Assembly (NCBI GenBank): GCA_051362555.1
Contig: CM120641.1
Coordinates: 39,996,401 to 40,060,400, forward strand
Direction: 5' to 3'
DNA length: 64,000 nt
From: Lingula anatina
Lineage: Eukaryota > Animalia > Brachiopoda
Part shown: one piece after another, positions 10,788 to 23,465 of the stretch
How positions within the stretch are numbered: the stretch's first letter is position 1
How the letters are laid out: every line of letters starts with the position of its first letter
The notes under the pieces: model-generated
Told to the model about the DNA's origin: nothing
What the model saw: only the letters and a program-made list of their open reading frames with translations
Databases searched by the model: none
Position numbers and translations under genes: made by a program

Positions 10788-12672
10788 CTGAAATGAATTG
10801 AGAAATATGTTAAGAGATACACATGAGAAAACTATATCTAAAATACTTAGATCACAAATATGCCAATTTTTCTATGCATGAACAGCCCAAGGTGGTCACA
10901 CCACTCATCTTGTGGAATTCTGAATGAAAGTGCAAAATTTCAAACATCGTTTCTGCAAATAAACCTGCATCGTGACCAATTTCAGAACACATTTCTAGTA
11001 AAGCAAAGTCCTCCAGGAAAATTATGATAAAAGTTGACAGGCGTCTCTATAAAACTGATGGATGCGATTCCTCTGAGAGGAAACTCTGCTCGAGTGGCTG
11101 GACCACTGAACCATTCAATCAAATTTTCCAGACAACAACCTGTCCATAGTGCACTCTACTCCGGCACTGGGCTATCACGCTCTTCACATAGGAAACCATG
11201 GTGTAAGAAACGGGAACAAAAAGCGTCTGTCTGCTCCTCAGAATTCTCCGGGTCTTTCTGTAACTCCACTGACAAACCAAGCCGCAACTTCCGCCAGCAC
11301 CTCCATGTAGATAGGAACATGGCTAATCTGATTACAGTCCATGATTCAAAGTATATCAATTCAATAAAATATAAAATGAGCATCAATTTTGCTATGTCAA
11401 CTCCTCCGAGGAGCTGGGAAGTTTAAATATTGATTGTGTATGTGTCAGATCCGCAATAATAAGTACTGGAGATGTGAAAGCGCCAGCATAAAGATGTTCT
11501 AATTGTAAGATGAACCATACATCTGTTGCCAATTTCCCCAAGGTGTTATTAAAAACTATGCTGGAAAATAAGTTTGTTCAGAAAAGTTAAGAGTCAGACA
11601 ATGCAACGTCGCACACGGCTGGATTTGCTCAGATGCATGGCACACGCCTGAGAGGCTGTTCAGACGGCAGAACAAACATTCTGCTATGTCAACACAGTAA
11701 TGGCTCTTCAAAGGCGAGATTATTAACCAATCCTGGCAGGCTACCAACAGGGAAACCAGAAATATCATTTGGATGAAAATGAGTGAATCTCCAGTGCTTT
11801 TCCACCAAAGAAATGGGGGCCATTAAGAATCAATTTTGCAGATACACAAGAAAGATGTGTGGATCCTCTGTTAGAGCTTCAAATTGTAAATGTTTTCTGG
11901 ATACTCCCAGTGGGCACTCTGGGCTGGAGGATCAATACTAAGCAACTGCCAAGTGGTGAGCATCCCAGTTTTTACAAGATGACCTTTACAAATTAAGAAT
12001 AGATCAACAAAATACCACATAGAGCATACACTGCCAACTGTTACTACTATTCTTCTGGAAAGCTAATTGGATTGGTATATACAGAATATTCAAGTCTTAA
12101 GACAGGTGAAATATTCTAGGGGCCTACATTCAAAGTTCATGTTACTGGAATTAATTCACAATGCATATTACATTTGTGTTCGTTGCCTTCACAGACTGGA
12201 GTATGTGTTATAAAACAGAAAACACTCCTCTGTATAAAGTATTTTGATCTAATTAATTCAATTTCCCCATTGCCTCATTAAAAAATTCTGAAGCATCCAT
12301 ATATCAATTATAAGAAATATCTATGGACTTAATCTCCATTACTTTGAGGAATGACCAGAACACGGGTATTGATCGCTGCTGTCACTGTGGCAACAGAACT
12401 GTCATCATCCATTACTTCCCACAACGTGTCATCTGCTACATCCTACACTGAGTGATGATGTTAAATTTTTTTTACAGAAGAAGGATATTATGTCCTTTCA
12501 CCATTACGTCATCTAGTTCCTCAAATAATAAATAAACAAATAAATAATTAATAATTAATTCACTGATAATTCTAAACTAATTGGTTTAAACACAAAAAGC
12601 TAGATCTATACAAACCCAGTGGGGGAAAAAAATTCAATTAAAACACAAACTATAACAGAAATAGCTACATAC

Positions 12673-12858
12673 TGTGTATCCTGCTTGGAAAAGTTCTGCC
12701 ACATTGACCTGGCTGGAGTAGCCGCTCTCTTCTAGTCTATCTAGACTGCCCATACTGGAGCTGGACGTACTGTGGTAGCTCTGCCGAGAAGACAGCCCAG
12801 ACTCATAGCTCTGACCTGACAGCCGGTGCTGGTTGTGGTTCACATAGATATGGCCACT
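12673..12858 (-). CDS. CASKIN: Caskin exon 14 (Ser-rich linker)
   Basis: SGHIYVNHNQHRLSGQSYESG...NVAELFQAGYT; cag/gtatgt; phase 0-0. Confidence 0.88.
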
Positions 12859-13641
12859 CTGGAAGAGACAAAATTGGTTGTAAAAATTTTTTTCTTTAAA
12901 ATTTGGTCACATGTATGCTTGCATATGTACATGCATGCACATTCCCATTTGTTAGCATAAGTTAAAAAAACAAAAACAAGTTAACATCTTTGAAATAGTA
13001 CTGAAATCTTAGAGCGAAAATTTCAATGGATTAGCAAAATTGAAGGCAAAAATTATCTTTGTTTATTTTCATATGGGCTAAGCACTCTTCAGTGCCAGGT
13101 TAGAGAAAGCAATTAAGAAAAGAAACTGTAGAATATAACAGGATATGTTTTGTGCAGTGGTATGCTAAGTTGAGTTCTAAATTGCCAAATAGAAAAAAAA
13201 AAAAAAAGGAAGTTGGGGAAAAAATACTTGCTAGCAATCCTGCTAGGCTATGATTTAGTTATCTTTTTCTTATCGATTCTCGTCCCCAGTCCTGGTGAGA
13301 CCAACAGGGCTATGGGCTTTCTACACTTGATTATATCATATATAGCTTCATGTACAATGTTTATGTACCAAATTTATACATCAATGACACATAATTCCAT
13401 ATGGTACCACTCAAAAGAAATCCTTTATATACCATCTTCACAGCAATGACATCTGCTTAGCATGCCCATTGCCAATCATCCTCAATGCAAAGTTCCCTTA
13501 TTAAAATCCATCAGATACAGTTGTTTTAATGTCAAAGTTTCTTATGAAATCTCAGTGGTAGAAAAAATATGTATATGCATCCTCTCAATTTTCATATCAT
13601 AAGTACAAGACTTGTTGAGTACGCTAAATCACCACACTTAC

Positions 13642-13851
13642 CCTGTTGTCGAACTGTGATGACCCAAGACTCCTCCCACTATCAATGCTTGCTGAGCTGT
13701 TCCTGTTGCTGTTACATGGACTGGACTTGCATGGACTTCCTGAGCGCAGTGGACTTCCAGATCTCATATCCCCTCCATCGAGGTGGCGAGGAGGCCAGTC
13801 AAATGTCTTGTCTGGGGTGCCTGGGGTGCCTGGCTTGGGAGAATGGGACAT
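13642..13851 (-). CDS. CASKIN: Caskin exon 13 (linker)
   Basis: MSHSPKPGTPGTPDKTFDWPPRH...NRNSSASIDSGRSLGSSQFDNR; cag/gtaagt; phase 0-0. Confidence 0.88.
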
Positions 13852-16338
13852 CTGCAATAGAATAGGATACATGACTAGCTTCATTCTGTTATATATTATG
13901 TCCAACACACAGTTCTAGGTAAATTCTAAGTAAATACACTTGGTTTAATACATGGTTTAATGCTTCTGCTGGAAGCTTTATAGATATAGTTAGCTTAGTC
14001 CATCTTAACCTCTACAAGCATTACCTAAAATTCTTTTAAAAGAAAACGATGAAAAACATAAACATATTGCTGACAGCCTTACCCAATTCTTTAACTTTGC
14101 ACCAATAACTTTCTTTGCACTTCTAGGAATTTTGGCAGTTTAACAGAGGTAAAATATGAAAGATCCGCAGTGTATATTACTCCATCTGCAGATTAAATGC
14201 CAAAACAGCAGGTCTGCTCATAGAGTAGAGCAACACCGTGATGTAACCAGCTTATAACTCTGATGCAAACAGTCATTTACAAACCCAGCATGACCTTTTA
14301 CTAGACATTTATCGCAGTAAAAGCTTTCAGTATTGGGCATTTCTCACCATGGAGCCTACGCTATCATCATTTCATAGGAGTTTCTTAGCAGGAATGCCTA
14401 CGAGGATTTTATCAGCTTCTGCTTTTTCTATTTGAGTTCCATAGTTTTATGATCTTAATTTCTCTGTCAGTTTTTCTCAAGTGCTGCATTTTAATCTGGA
14501 TATGGTAAAGGAACACCTCCATTTGGTTTCTTTCCAAATCTGTAATATTGTATTTTTACGATAGCAAGACTCCCGTAGCAACTACTTAATTAAATATTCC
14601 TGTTGGCCCAAGATTGTTTATAGCTCTGCATTCCTATTTTTTTGCAAACAAGGAACGTTCCCTTTCAAAAGTTCTGAGTCAGTTCTATCATTCTGTTTAC
14701 AGGTTTCCAAAGAAAACAACCCTATTCAACTCAACAAAAATAAAGAATTTACTTCCAACAAATCTATACAATAAGGATAAAAAAAAAACAAAAAACAAAT
14801 TCAGCTGGTTTTACCTTTACTGGCAGCAGATGTCTGACTACAGTACCTGGAAGTTTGCAATGCATTGAGTGCATATCCCTTCCATTACATCATACTTTGC
14901 TTATATCCAAAGCAACCATTACTGGCTGATGGTATACATGCCCCTTGGAGAGTTCACAAATACAGCCTTTTGGGGCAAAAGATCAAAATCACTAACACCA
15001 GAGGCCCAATCCCAATAGCTGGCTTAATTACACCAGTTAAAGGATGATCAATTTATCTTACAATCAAATAACACTTTCTTTTCACAGCATCTATTGGAAA
15101 TCTATAACACAAGCAGTGGGGTACATTTTCAACACTTCATCTGCTGGAGGTTATCACCCACTTCCAGACACAATTAACTTGTTTTGCTAGTTAGGCTAGC
15201 TCCACTTGAATTGATCAATGAGAGAAACTGAAACAGACATTTTAAAACAATCTTTTCTCAAGACTTCTTATTTGGTTGGAACAATAGAATATCTGGATCA
15301 GATAAGATTCAGAATGTTTTTATGTGGATGAGAGAAAACTGCACTGTAAGATAACTATCTTGGTATGGCGAGATGGAACAGTATGAGATATATCTGAAAT
15401 CAATTTTTTCCTCTGTGGAGGTCAACCTCCCTTGACCTAGATTATTACAGGTCAGCCCTTCCTGGCAGAGTGGATGAAAAAATCATGGTCAAGAACAATA
15501 CTGGAAACTTGTCTTAAAAAACAACTGCAGTAAAAATTTAAAACTAGGTGAAACAGTGTAACAGAACCTGTGAACTGACACAATAAGTCCTTTGATTTGT
15601 TCATAGTAAACCTAAAACAAAGAGAAGTCCGATATGTGCAAAATTGTCAAAAATATCATCTGCTTCATTCACTGTATATATAGGTCTTCAATCGCTAAAA
15701 CCTTCCACTACCTTTGTTAATTAGAATGACTGCAGGTGCTTTTAAAAAAGGAATTCAGTCCCGTAAAAGAAATCAAATAATCCCTATCCAAGCATTGGAA
15801 AAGTAATAACCAATCAGTGTGTGTAAACGTTTAGGTAGTTAATTATTGACGCATAATAATGACTGAAACACACGCCTTGTTTCCACACTCAATTTGCTAT
15901 TGGTATTGACATTTTAAGCCTATTCTCCGAGATAAATGTGACAACAATCAAGCTTTCTTGTGCTGCAGAAAACACCCCTCGGGGGACACACGCAGAGACA
16001 GAGTAGACTGATTACCAGCCACAAACAGTGATGTATCATCTTTTTTCTATCTTTAATCAATCTCCAGACCATGGATACAGTGCCCATCTGGTCTGTAAGT
16101 AATACCCAGGAGAAGACCACATCCAGTGATTTTCCAACTTGTTATAACATGCATGTATTTTCTGTTTTGTTGGTTCTTTTTATTTAACTTATTTCATATT
16201 TTAGCTACGGGGCATGTGTGCCTGACTACATAACTTAGAACTAGAACTTCCCCCTTCAACATTACCTAGACTCAATTCTCCTGAAAATGAAAAATTTATT
16301 TCAGAGGAAAAGAAAGTTCAGTCTTTCCATGAACTTAC

Positions 16339-16448
16339 CTGGTTGTGGTTGACAAAATTGAATCGAGGTGAGTTGAGGTGATGAGGAGAAGGAAGAGGAC
16401 CAGGATGGAGGACTGGGGCCACTGGGGCCGGCTGCTGGTGCTCATATT
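16339..16448 (-). CDS. CASKIN: Caskin exon 12 (Pro/His-rich linker)
   Basis: (E)YEHQQPAPVAPVLHPGPLPSPHHLNSPRFNFVNHNQ; ttttttttcag / CAG|gtaagt. Confidence 0.87.
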
Positions 16449-16872
16449 CTGAAAAAAAATTAAAAATCACATCATTATAAGTACATCTCTAATCATGTTA
16501 CATTGCCTTGTCTGTTTCTAATGAGATGGGATTCAAGAAATTCTTGGAAAAAAAAAACACTGATAAAGACATACTGACTCTGTTCTCTTTTCTTTCTTTT
16601 TTTTTTACCCTCTGCTGAAATGATTGCTCTTTTGCTGTATTTCACTCCAGGCAAAAAAGACAGAGATTTGTACTATTGCCAAACAACATCTGTGCAATCT
16701 GCTTGTGTTTATTCCAAATTGTGCTAGTTGAGATTTCCACCACAATCAAACCAAACGGATGGACCTCAAAGGATGAGAGGGGACTACCTGAAGCAAACAT
16801 TGAACTTTCAAGCACTGTTTTGCGCAACAATCTCAGTTTTTTCCTTCTTTCCTTCTTTTCCTTTTGACTCAC

Positions 16873-17082
16873 CATGAGCAGAGTTCCGTGCCAGGGTCAT
16901 TGGGGATGGAGGTGGAGGGAAAGATTCGTCTGCTCCAACACTTCCATAGGAGTTCCTGTCTGTCACCCCATTGTGTAAGCTGTGGTTCCTGTTGATGAGG
17001 TCTGGCACTTGTTGTCCACCATATTTGACTGGACTGACCCCATGCATAGACCCTCGCAGTGACTGAGTACGGTTTTCTAATG
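16873..17082 (-). CDS. CASKIN: Caskin exon 11 (post-SH3 linker)
   Basis: (S)LENRTQSLRGSMHGVSPVK...NRNHS...DESFPPPPSPMTLARNSAH; aag acceptor, G|gtgagt donor. Confidence 0.85.
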
Positions 17083-17423
17083 CTTAAATATAATACAAAA
17101 TGGCCATGTGATTAAAAAATATCTACGAATGAAAAATAATGGGTTTGAGTTCTGGTGCATAAATGATCATAATATTATAACATAATGCACAAAAATAACT
17201 TACAGAGAAGTGTCCCTGGCAGCCCTTAGCCAGAGATTATAATTTGTGTATAAATCATTTTACTTCAAGCATACGTCATTTTAAAAACTTCAATTCTTCT
17301 CCAGGAATAAAAATACTTCAAAGGAGAAATTAGTATTTGGACAATTAGTAGGTAGTACACATCTATAGATGAACCAAACTACTACTCCACAAAGATGGTG
17401 CCCAGATCCAACCTCACCCAGAC

Positions 17424-17461
17424 CCAACCAACCAACCAACCAACCAACCAACCAACCAACC
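17424..17461. repeat. (ACCA)n microsatellite
   Basis: ccaaccaaccaa... about 9 units. Confidence 0.9.
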
Positions 17462-17616
17462 TGACAGTTATCCTTCCTGAATGAAAATTTGTTTTCAAAA
17501 GTCCTTTCGGTAATCAAATCCCTCATTTAACAGTGTTTAATATTTGACAACTTTATATAAAATTTGGGCCATCTTCAGGAAGTCCCAAAAGACTCTTTAA
17601 GATGTTTTCTACTTAC

Positions 17617-17728
17617 ATTGCCTGTCTACCAGCACTACAGCAGAGGCGGGAAAGAAGCCAGTTTTGGCCATCTGTCCCTCATGCATTACGAAGCCCTTCC
17701 ACATGCCATCTGCACGTTGTTCTAGGAC
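17617..17728 (-). CDS. CASKIN: Caskin exon 10 (SH3 C-half)
   Basis: VLEQRADGMWKGFVMHEGQMAKTGFFPASAVVLVDRQ; tag/gtaagt. Confidence 0.94.
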
Positions 17729-20352
17729 CTAAAAGTACAGAAAATATAAAACATTTTAACAACATTGCCAAAGACTGGCTAAAATACACCAATTACACAC
17801 AATTACCTAGTAAAAAAAGTAGATAATACTAAACATTATAGTAAAATCTATATAATGTATAACATCAATCACCGGTGATAATGGATTCTTGCTAATATTC
17901 CTAATTGACACCCTGCCAAGTACTCGTGTACTATAATAACTTTCAATAAGTTTGACAAAGTCCATAAACTACCACCTCTGAAATATACCTCAATTCACCT
18001 GCTATCAAATTATCAGGCTAATGCTAAAAAAATGTTCTACCTTTCGAAAAAGCCTAAAGCATTTAAAGGACAAAACATTTGATAACACAAGCGTGTTGTT
18101 TGCAAACTTAAAAGTGTATCAGTCAGCAGCATCAGAGCATTGGAGATAATTTATGTGGGTTTTATAGTTCTTCTCGCCATCCGACCTGAACATACAAATA
18201 ACAAACTCAACCCTCCCAGGTAAGCAAAGGTGAAGTTCCAATTTTCTCTCCAGCTGAATGAGCACACTTTTTTCTATGCCAGGAAGTGGTATGAAGCTAC
18301 ATGGAAGGTCACGAGAGCTGACAGCACCATCACTCACATCTTAAAACTGTGAGGAGAATCTTAAACTCACAATCAGTATTTTTTTTTTTAAAGAGGTCGA
18401 GATAAGATTAAAATGCCTGGAAGAACTTGAATTTTATTGACGTGGGCGAACGAGGATGATGTAGATCTAAATAACTGTGCTTTCATCTTGGCGTCGACTA
18501 TTAAAAGCATATTACACATCATTTTTGACTCATTACATCTTGTTTGGACAAACCCATACAATTTTATGTGTGATAAAACTGTCTGATAAAACTCTTTTTC
18601 TCAGGAATTACTCATTATTGGAGCACAATGGCACAGATAGGTGTAATGTATATCTGGTTAGTCCTCACATTGTGTCACTGATCTATGGGAGTTTGTCACA
18701 TATTATACCTCTAATCACCTAAAATTTGGACAAGGTCATCTTAATATCTTTAAGCTGTAGTCAAAATATCATTTGTCTTCTATAGATCAAGTTGGATATT
18801 TTTATGTCTATGACAGTTTCATGTTACTTATACCTTGTAACAGAACCAACCTCAGTAATTATTTATTTGATTAGGTCATTTAACAATGCTAAAGACCCAA
18901 AACAATTTTATCCAAAAACAGTTATACAAATTGCTCTAGAATACAATAATCATGTGCTATCATGGTCACGTCTTAATATCTGACAGTTCTATGAAGCACT
19001 TCAAATCAGCCATAAGAAAGAGAACATACAACATCAAAGGACATACTCCAGTGATCAGTAAATCCACAGACACATTTGTACCTTCAAGAGAAAATTAATC
19101 CGAAGTCAGATAAATACTCTCTTATCTAGGCAAACCATAGAAGATGGGTAGGAAATGGAAGAAGAGAGGAGGGGGAAAAAATGGGGAAATATCCACATCA
19201 CCCGTGTCAACAGCACTATGACATAGGCAGACATTTCTGTCATTTCAATCCCATGTTGGAATTCCAACCGCCCATGCTGTCTAAGGTGACAATACAGCAC
19301 ACCTGTGCAGGTGCAATTCTAGCTGAGGACACTCAAACCAGCACTTGATATCAATCTTCATAAAATCTGATTTAAAGGGGGTTCCATCTCTCATTCTCCC
19401 AGGTGAGTCGTGAGATGGAACATGTATGACAGGCAAATATCTACAGACTAAAACGTATGCTGATATCACCTCTTACAGGCATATATCTGAAGCCCGTGTT
19501 CCTAAAACTCTGTTTGTTACATCACCTCTTACAGGCCCGATTTTGTGTGAATGAACACTATTATCATAAGCCTAGAAAAGACAGTATTTGTTTAACTTTG
19601 TAAAGGTAAAATCTTTCAAAAATAAAAAAGGTGCCAGCTTTTCTTCCTCAATGTTGACGGCCTTACCCCAGTTAGTCAAGCACAATCTTTTGATCACATA
19701 CTGCGTTAAGACGGAAAAGAAAATCAGCAAACATTAAATCTGTATGCAATAAATATGCCAGGCAGGAAGCCCTTTTTCAAAATTTCAACCAACATGAAGG
19801 TGAAAAGGGAACTCTAAATATCCTCACTTTCTTTTGGAGTTTTCTTTGATTTAGGAAAAAAACTGCGAAGAATAAATAGTTTTTTGCTATCTGACAACTC
19901 ATCAGAGCTGCACATACTTTTTTTATTTTCAGGCACATGGCATTTGAAAATAAACTGTATTGTTTCTCATGCTTCACTGTGTAAAATACATACATTCTAC
20001 CACGCGGAAATAATTCAGCAAATAAAATGTAACAATGTAATTCTTCCAAAGTTACACAGTACATCTGAGGGGAGTTCCACATTTAAATCTGTACCATATT
20101 CCAAAGTCAACCTAAAGAGAAGCAGTCGGATTCAGGGGTTTCGAGTCCCTGACATATTTCACCCCCCAGAAAATCTTAACCATGTGCATCAACACTGGCA
20201 GTAGGGGGTGGGTTTGTGTTGGTGTGTATAATGACCCAAGCAGGGGCAGGCAATTTTGCTGTAATTCACAAAACAAGCAAGATAAACAAGAAGACAATCC
20301 TGAGACAGTAACACCTGGCAACTTAAAGCAGAAAATAAGCTCACACACACAC

Positions 20353-20357
<5 letters not shown>

Positions 20358-20444
<87 letters not shown>
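20358..20444. repeat. (TC)n microsatellite preceded by short (CA)n
   Basis: About 43 perfect TC units. Confidence 0.97.
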
Positions 20445-20446
<2 letters not shown>

Positions 20447-21166
20447 GTATAATGAAAATATTCTTTTTATGAAAAACTCTATTAACAGCAAGGCCTACAA
20501 AGAGCACATCATCAGTGGTGACACTGGAGAAACTGGTAAAATAGCACCTGTACATAACCTAACTGGAAGGTAAATTGCATTCCAACATTACATAGATCTA
20601 AATTATCCATCCTGGATTACAGTCATCACTTCAATAGGACACACCAACTTAGCAACATGTACACAGTCTTTTTATTACAGTTTTTGAGTTTTGCTTTGAC
20701 AATTGCAAATACTGGTGCAAACCTGCTAGTATTTGTAATATTAACTGGTTTGTACCTACAGCTGGGACAAGGCTGGCTTTATATTCCAGTCATCATTATA
20801 AATCTCTAGTTTCAAAATTCTACAAAGAGGTCTACACCCCTAAATACCTTTGAAAAAGACATCTGGATAAATAATACAGATGGATTAACTAAACCTATCA
20901 GACCTTATGAAGGCAGGTAGTATAGAACTTCTCATGACAAAACTTATCTACAGGAAAAAAAAAAAAGATGGTCGACTGGAAAAATTGAATATATTGCAAA
21001 AATTAAAAGAAATTTTGCTGTTAAATAATACATATCATTAAATGTTATATCTATCATTTTTAACATACATTAATTAAAAAAAAATTTATCTTTTTTTTCA
21101 TTTTTAAAGTTATATTCATATCTCAAAAGATTTGCAACTTGTTTCTACAGAACATGGAAAACTTAC

Positions 21167-21261
21167 TGTAATGTAATCCCCTTCTCTGAAGGAGAGACTG
21201 TTTGGGTCATATATATTGCTGTAATCTTTGATAGCACAGGCTTGGACTGCACAGCTTGCTT
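21167..21261 (-). CDS. CASKIN: Caskin exon 9 (SH3 N-half)
   Basis: (E)ASCAVQACAIKDYSNIYDPNSLSFREGDYIT; cag/gtaagt. Confidence 0.94.
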
Positions 21262-23356
21262 CTGAAACGAGAACACCACAAATATATAGATATGAATTCA
21301 GTTTAAACTTGGGCGTGAAGATGATTCTCTTTTTTTTCCTTATTCATTTTGAGGTGTGTTTACAGTCAAATTAAACACCCATTGTTAAGACAAAGAATGG
21401 CGAATCTGAATACCAAGGTTATGTATATAGTTAACAAATTTAAACATCCAAAAGCTGTGGATTCTAAAATCTAAGAGATTCAAACAAAATTATGAGAAGG
21501 GATGCAACCAATACATGCTGCATTCACTAATGAACCAAACAGGACATCTGAGAAAATATAACTCAGTTTTATAACTGGATATGTGCCCACCATTATTTCA
21601 TTTTCTATTTGTCTTACCTTACCTAAAAAAAACTTCCACAAACATCAGCAAGGAGATATCAAAGTTTTCTACCTAACTGTATTACTAAATTCAATTAGCA
21701 GGGAAATTTTCCAAGTTTTACAAAATAAAGGGGCTGATCGTTAAATCTGATGTTTCTCACTCATCCTGTTGCGTCAGAATTATCTTGAAATAGCCTGCAA
21801 CAGATGGGCGAGAGTAACAGCCTGTTTTCTTTGTGATCATGCAATTTAAAAGCCTCTTCTCATAGACTGCTGAGAAGAACAGATTTCTGATATGCAAAAC
21901 CCCATTCTGCTGCCAAAAAACGGGTAATAACAATAAAAAAATCCCCAATGTCAATGTTATGAAGACACGTTCCTCGCTGTACCAAAGCCAAGGGTGGAGC
22001 TATGATCATCCCAGTGGGGGACTCGCTTACAGATATAATACCATTTATGCCAAGACAGGAACACTGTTTTTTTTTTCTTGTAAATAAAGGATGCCCCAAT
22101 TCTTTTCTTTCAGGAAACTATAATAACCTTACTCTTACTCGCCGAGAGATGAATGAATATTTGCTGCATCATCCTTGTCATGGAGGTATTGTAATCATGT
22201 GAGAGTGCCTAACGCACCTTGTCTGGGGTCAGGTTGCCGTAAGGGGCAATTTAAGGAAGCAACTCTCTTTAAAATACAAGTTTTAAAAGCATAAATAAAC
22301 CCATTTATATTGTATACCTTTTGTTGGTAAATCTTGTTCATCTTTTCTTTCTGTAACCACAAATAACTTCTTAGGACTCTTTTCTAAATGACTGGACGTG
22401 TTCTGATAAAATAATTTACCAAGCAAACCATGCTCTACCTAACTCGCATGTCAATTGATATCAGTAACTTAGTTCATAAATGTCAACTTGGCTGATTTAC
22501 CTCCATTAGTGACATATCAATAATCTCTCACAACTCCATCTTCATTATATTTATACCCATTCATTTGATTAAAATACGCTTTTCTACATATATTTATACA
22601 CAACTGCCATCCCTGGAATAAATACAATATCCAAAGCACTAAAGAACCCATCTCAGACCAGGTTATTCCAGCTGTGAGTTGCACTAGAAAGTCCCCCTGA
22701 AGACCACAGTGTATACAGTGTGCCAGGCTGGCCACCTACTGTTGACTTCTTCACACATGCTCTGTTATTACACTACACCAGGCACTGTGGTTCTTATAGG
22801 TTTTGAATTAGTTATCAAATCATTTTCGACACACTGGCAGGGTCTAATTGCTGCTAAAGATAGCTGTCAAAGTATTCTTTTTCAGTGAGGTAAAAAAAAC
22901 TGTGTGAGGTAGAATTAGAGCAAGGCAAATTTGGATTTTTTAAATAAAAATCCTGCTGGTCAATCAGAAAATCCAAGTAATTCATAACTGTGGCCATTGA
23001 ACAACATCCACATGCCTCATTATAATTCTGCTTGGACGGTCCAACTACAACAAATCAGTGTTCAGGCTATTCTTTGCCATTAACTATTGCCCTGCAATGT
23101 GACATTGCTACTAATGATGGGCTGGGCAGACATCTTTCAAGCCTAGTTAGATTCAGTGAGTGACTGTGGGAGTGCCACAAATTATTTTGCCAAGTTGAGG
23201 ATAACTTTTATGTTCAGTACAACATGGAAAACTAGGACCTGCTGAGTGACCCAAAAACATCTCCTACACAAACAGTCTCCCCCAGGAAAGCACAGATCGG
23301 GACATTCTTTTGTTTGTTTCAATTATTTTTTTACGAGCTCAAGTTCTGTCTCTTAC

Positions 23357-23465
23357 CTTTCAGCAGTTGTTTTAGCTCCTTGGCAGCTCTGGATGTGGTG
23401 AACTTGTTAACAATGTCCAGGGCTGACTGGTCATAGGAGTTGGGCCGATTTACATCCACGCCACA
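23357..23465 (-). CDS. CASKIN: Caskin exon 8 (last ankyrin repeat)
   Basis: [36 protein letters not shown]; cag/gtaaga. Confidence 0.96.

Noticed and set aside
11595-11625. DNATSHTA resembling the Tc1/mariner DNAxxH motif
   Set aside because: No downstream SPDLNPIE-type motif or other transposase context
20132-20152. B-box-like ggtttcgagtcc in a small hairpin (tRNA or SINE?)
   Set aside because: No A-box, cloverleaf or second copy seen
20112-20555. ORFs with poly-(RE) or poly-(SL)
   Set aside because: Translation of the (TC)n microsatellite
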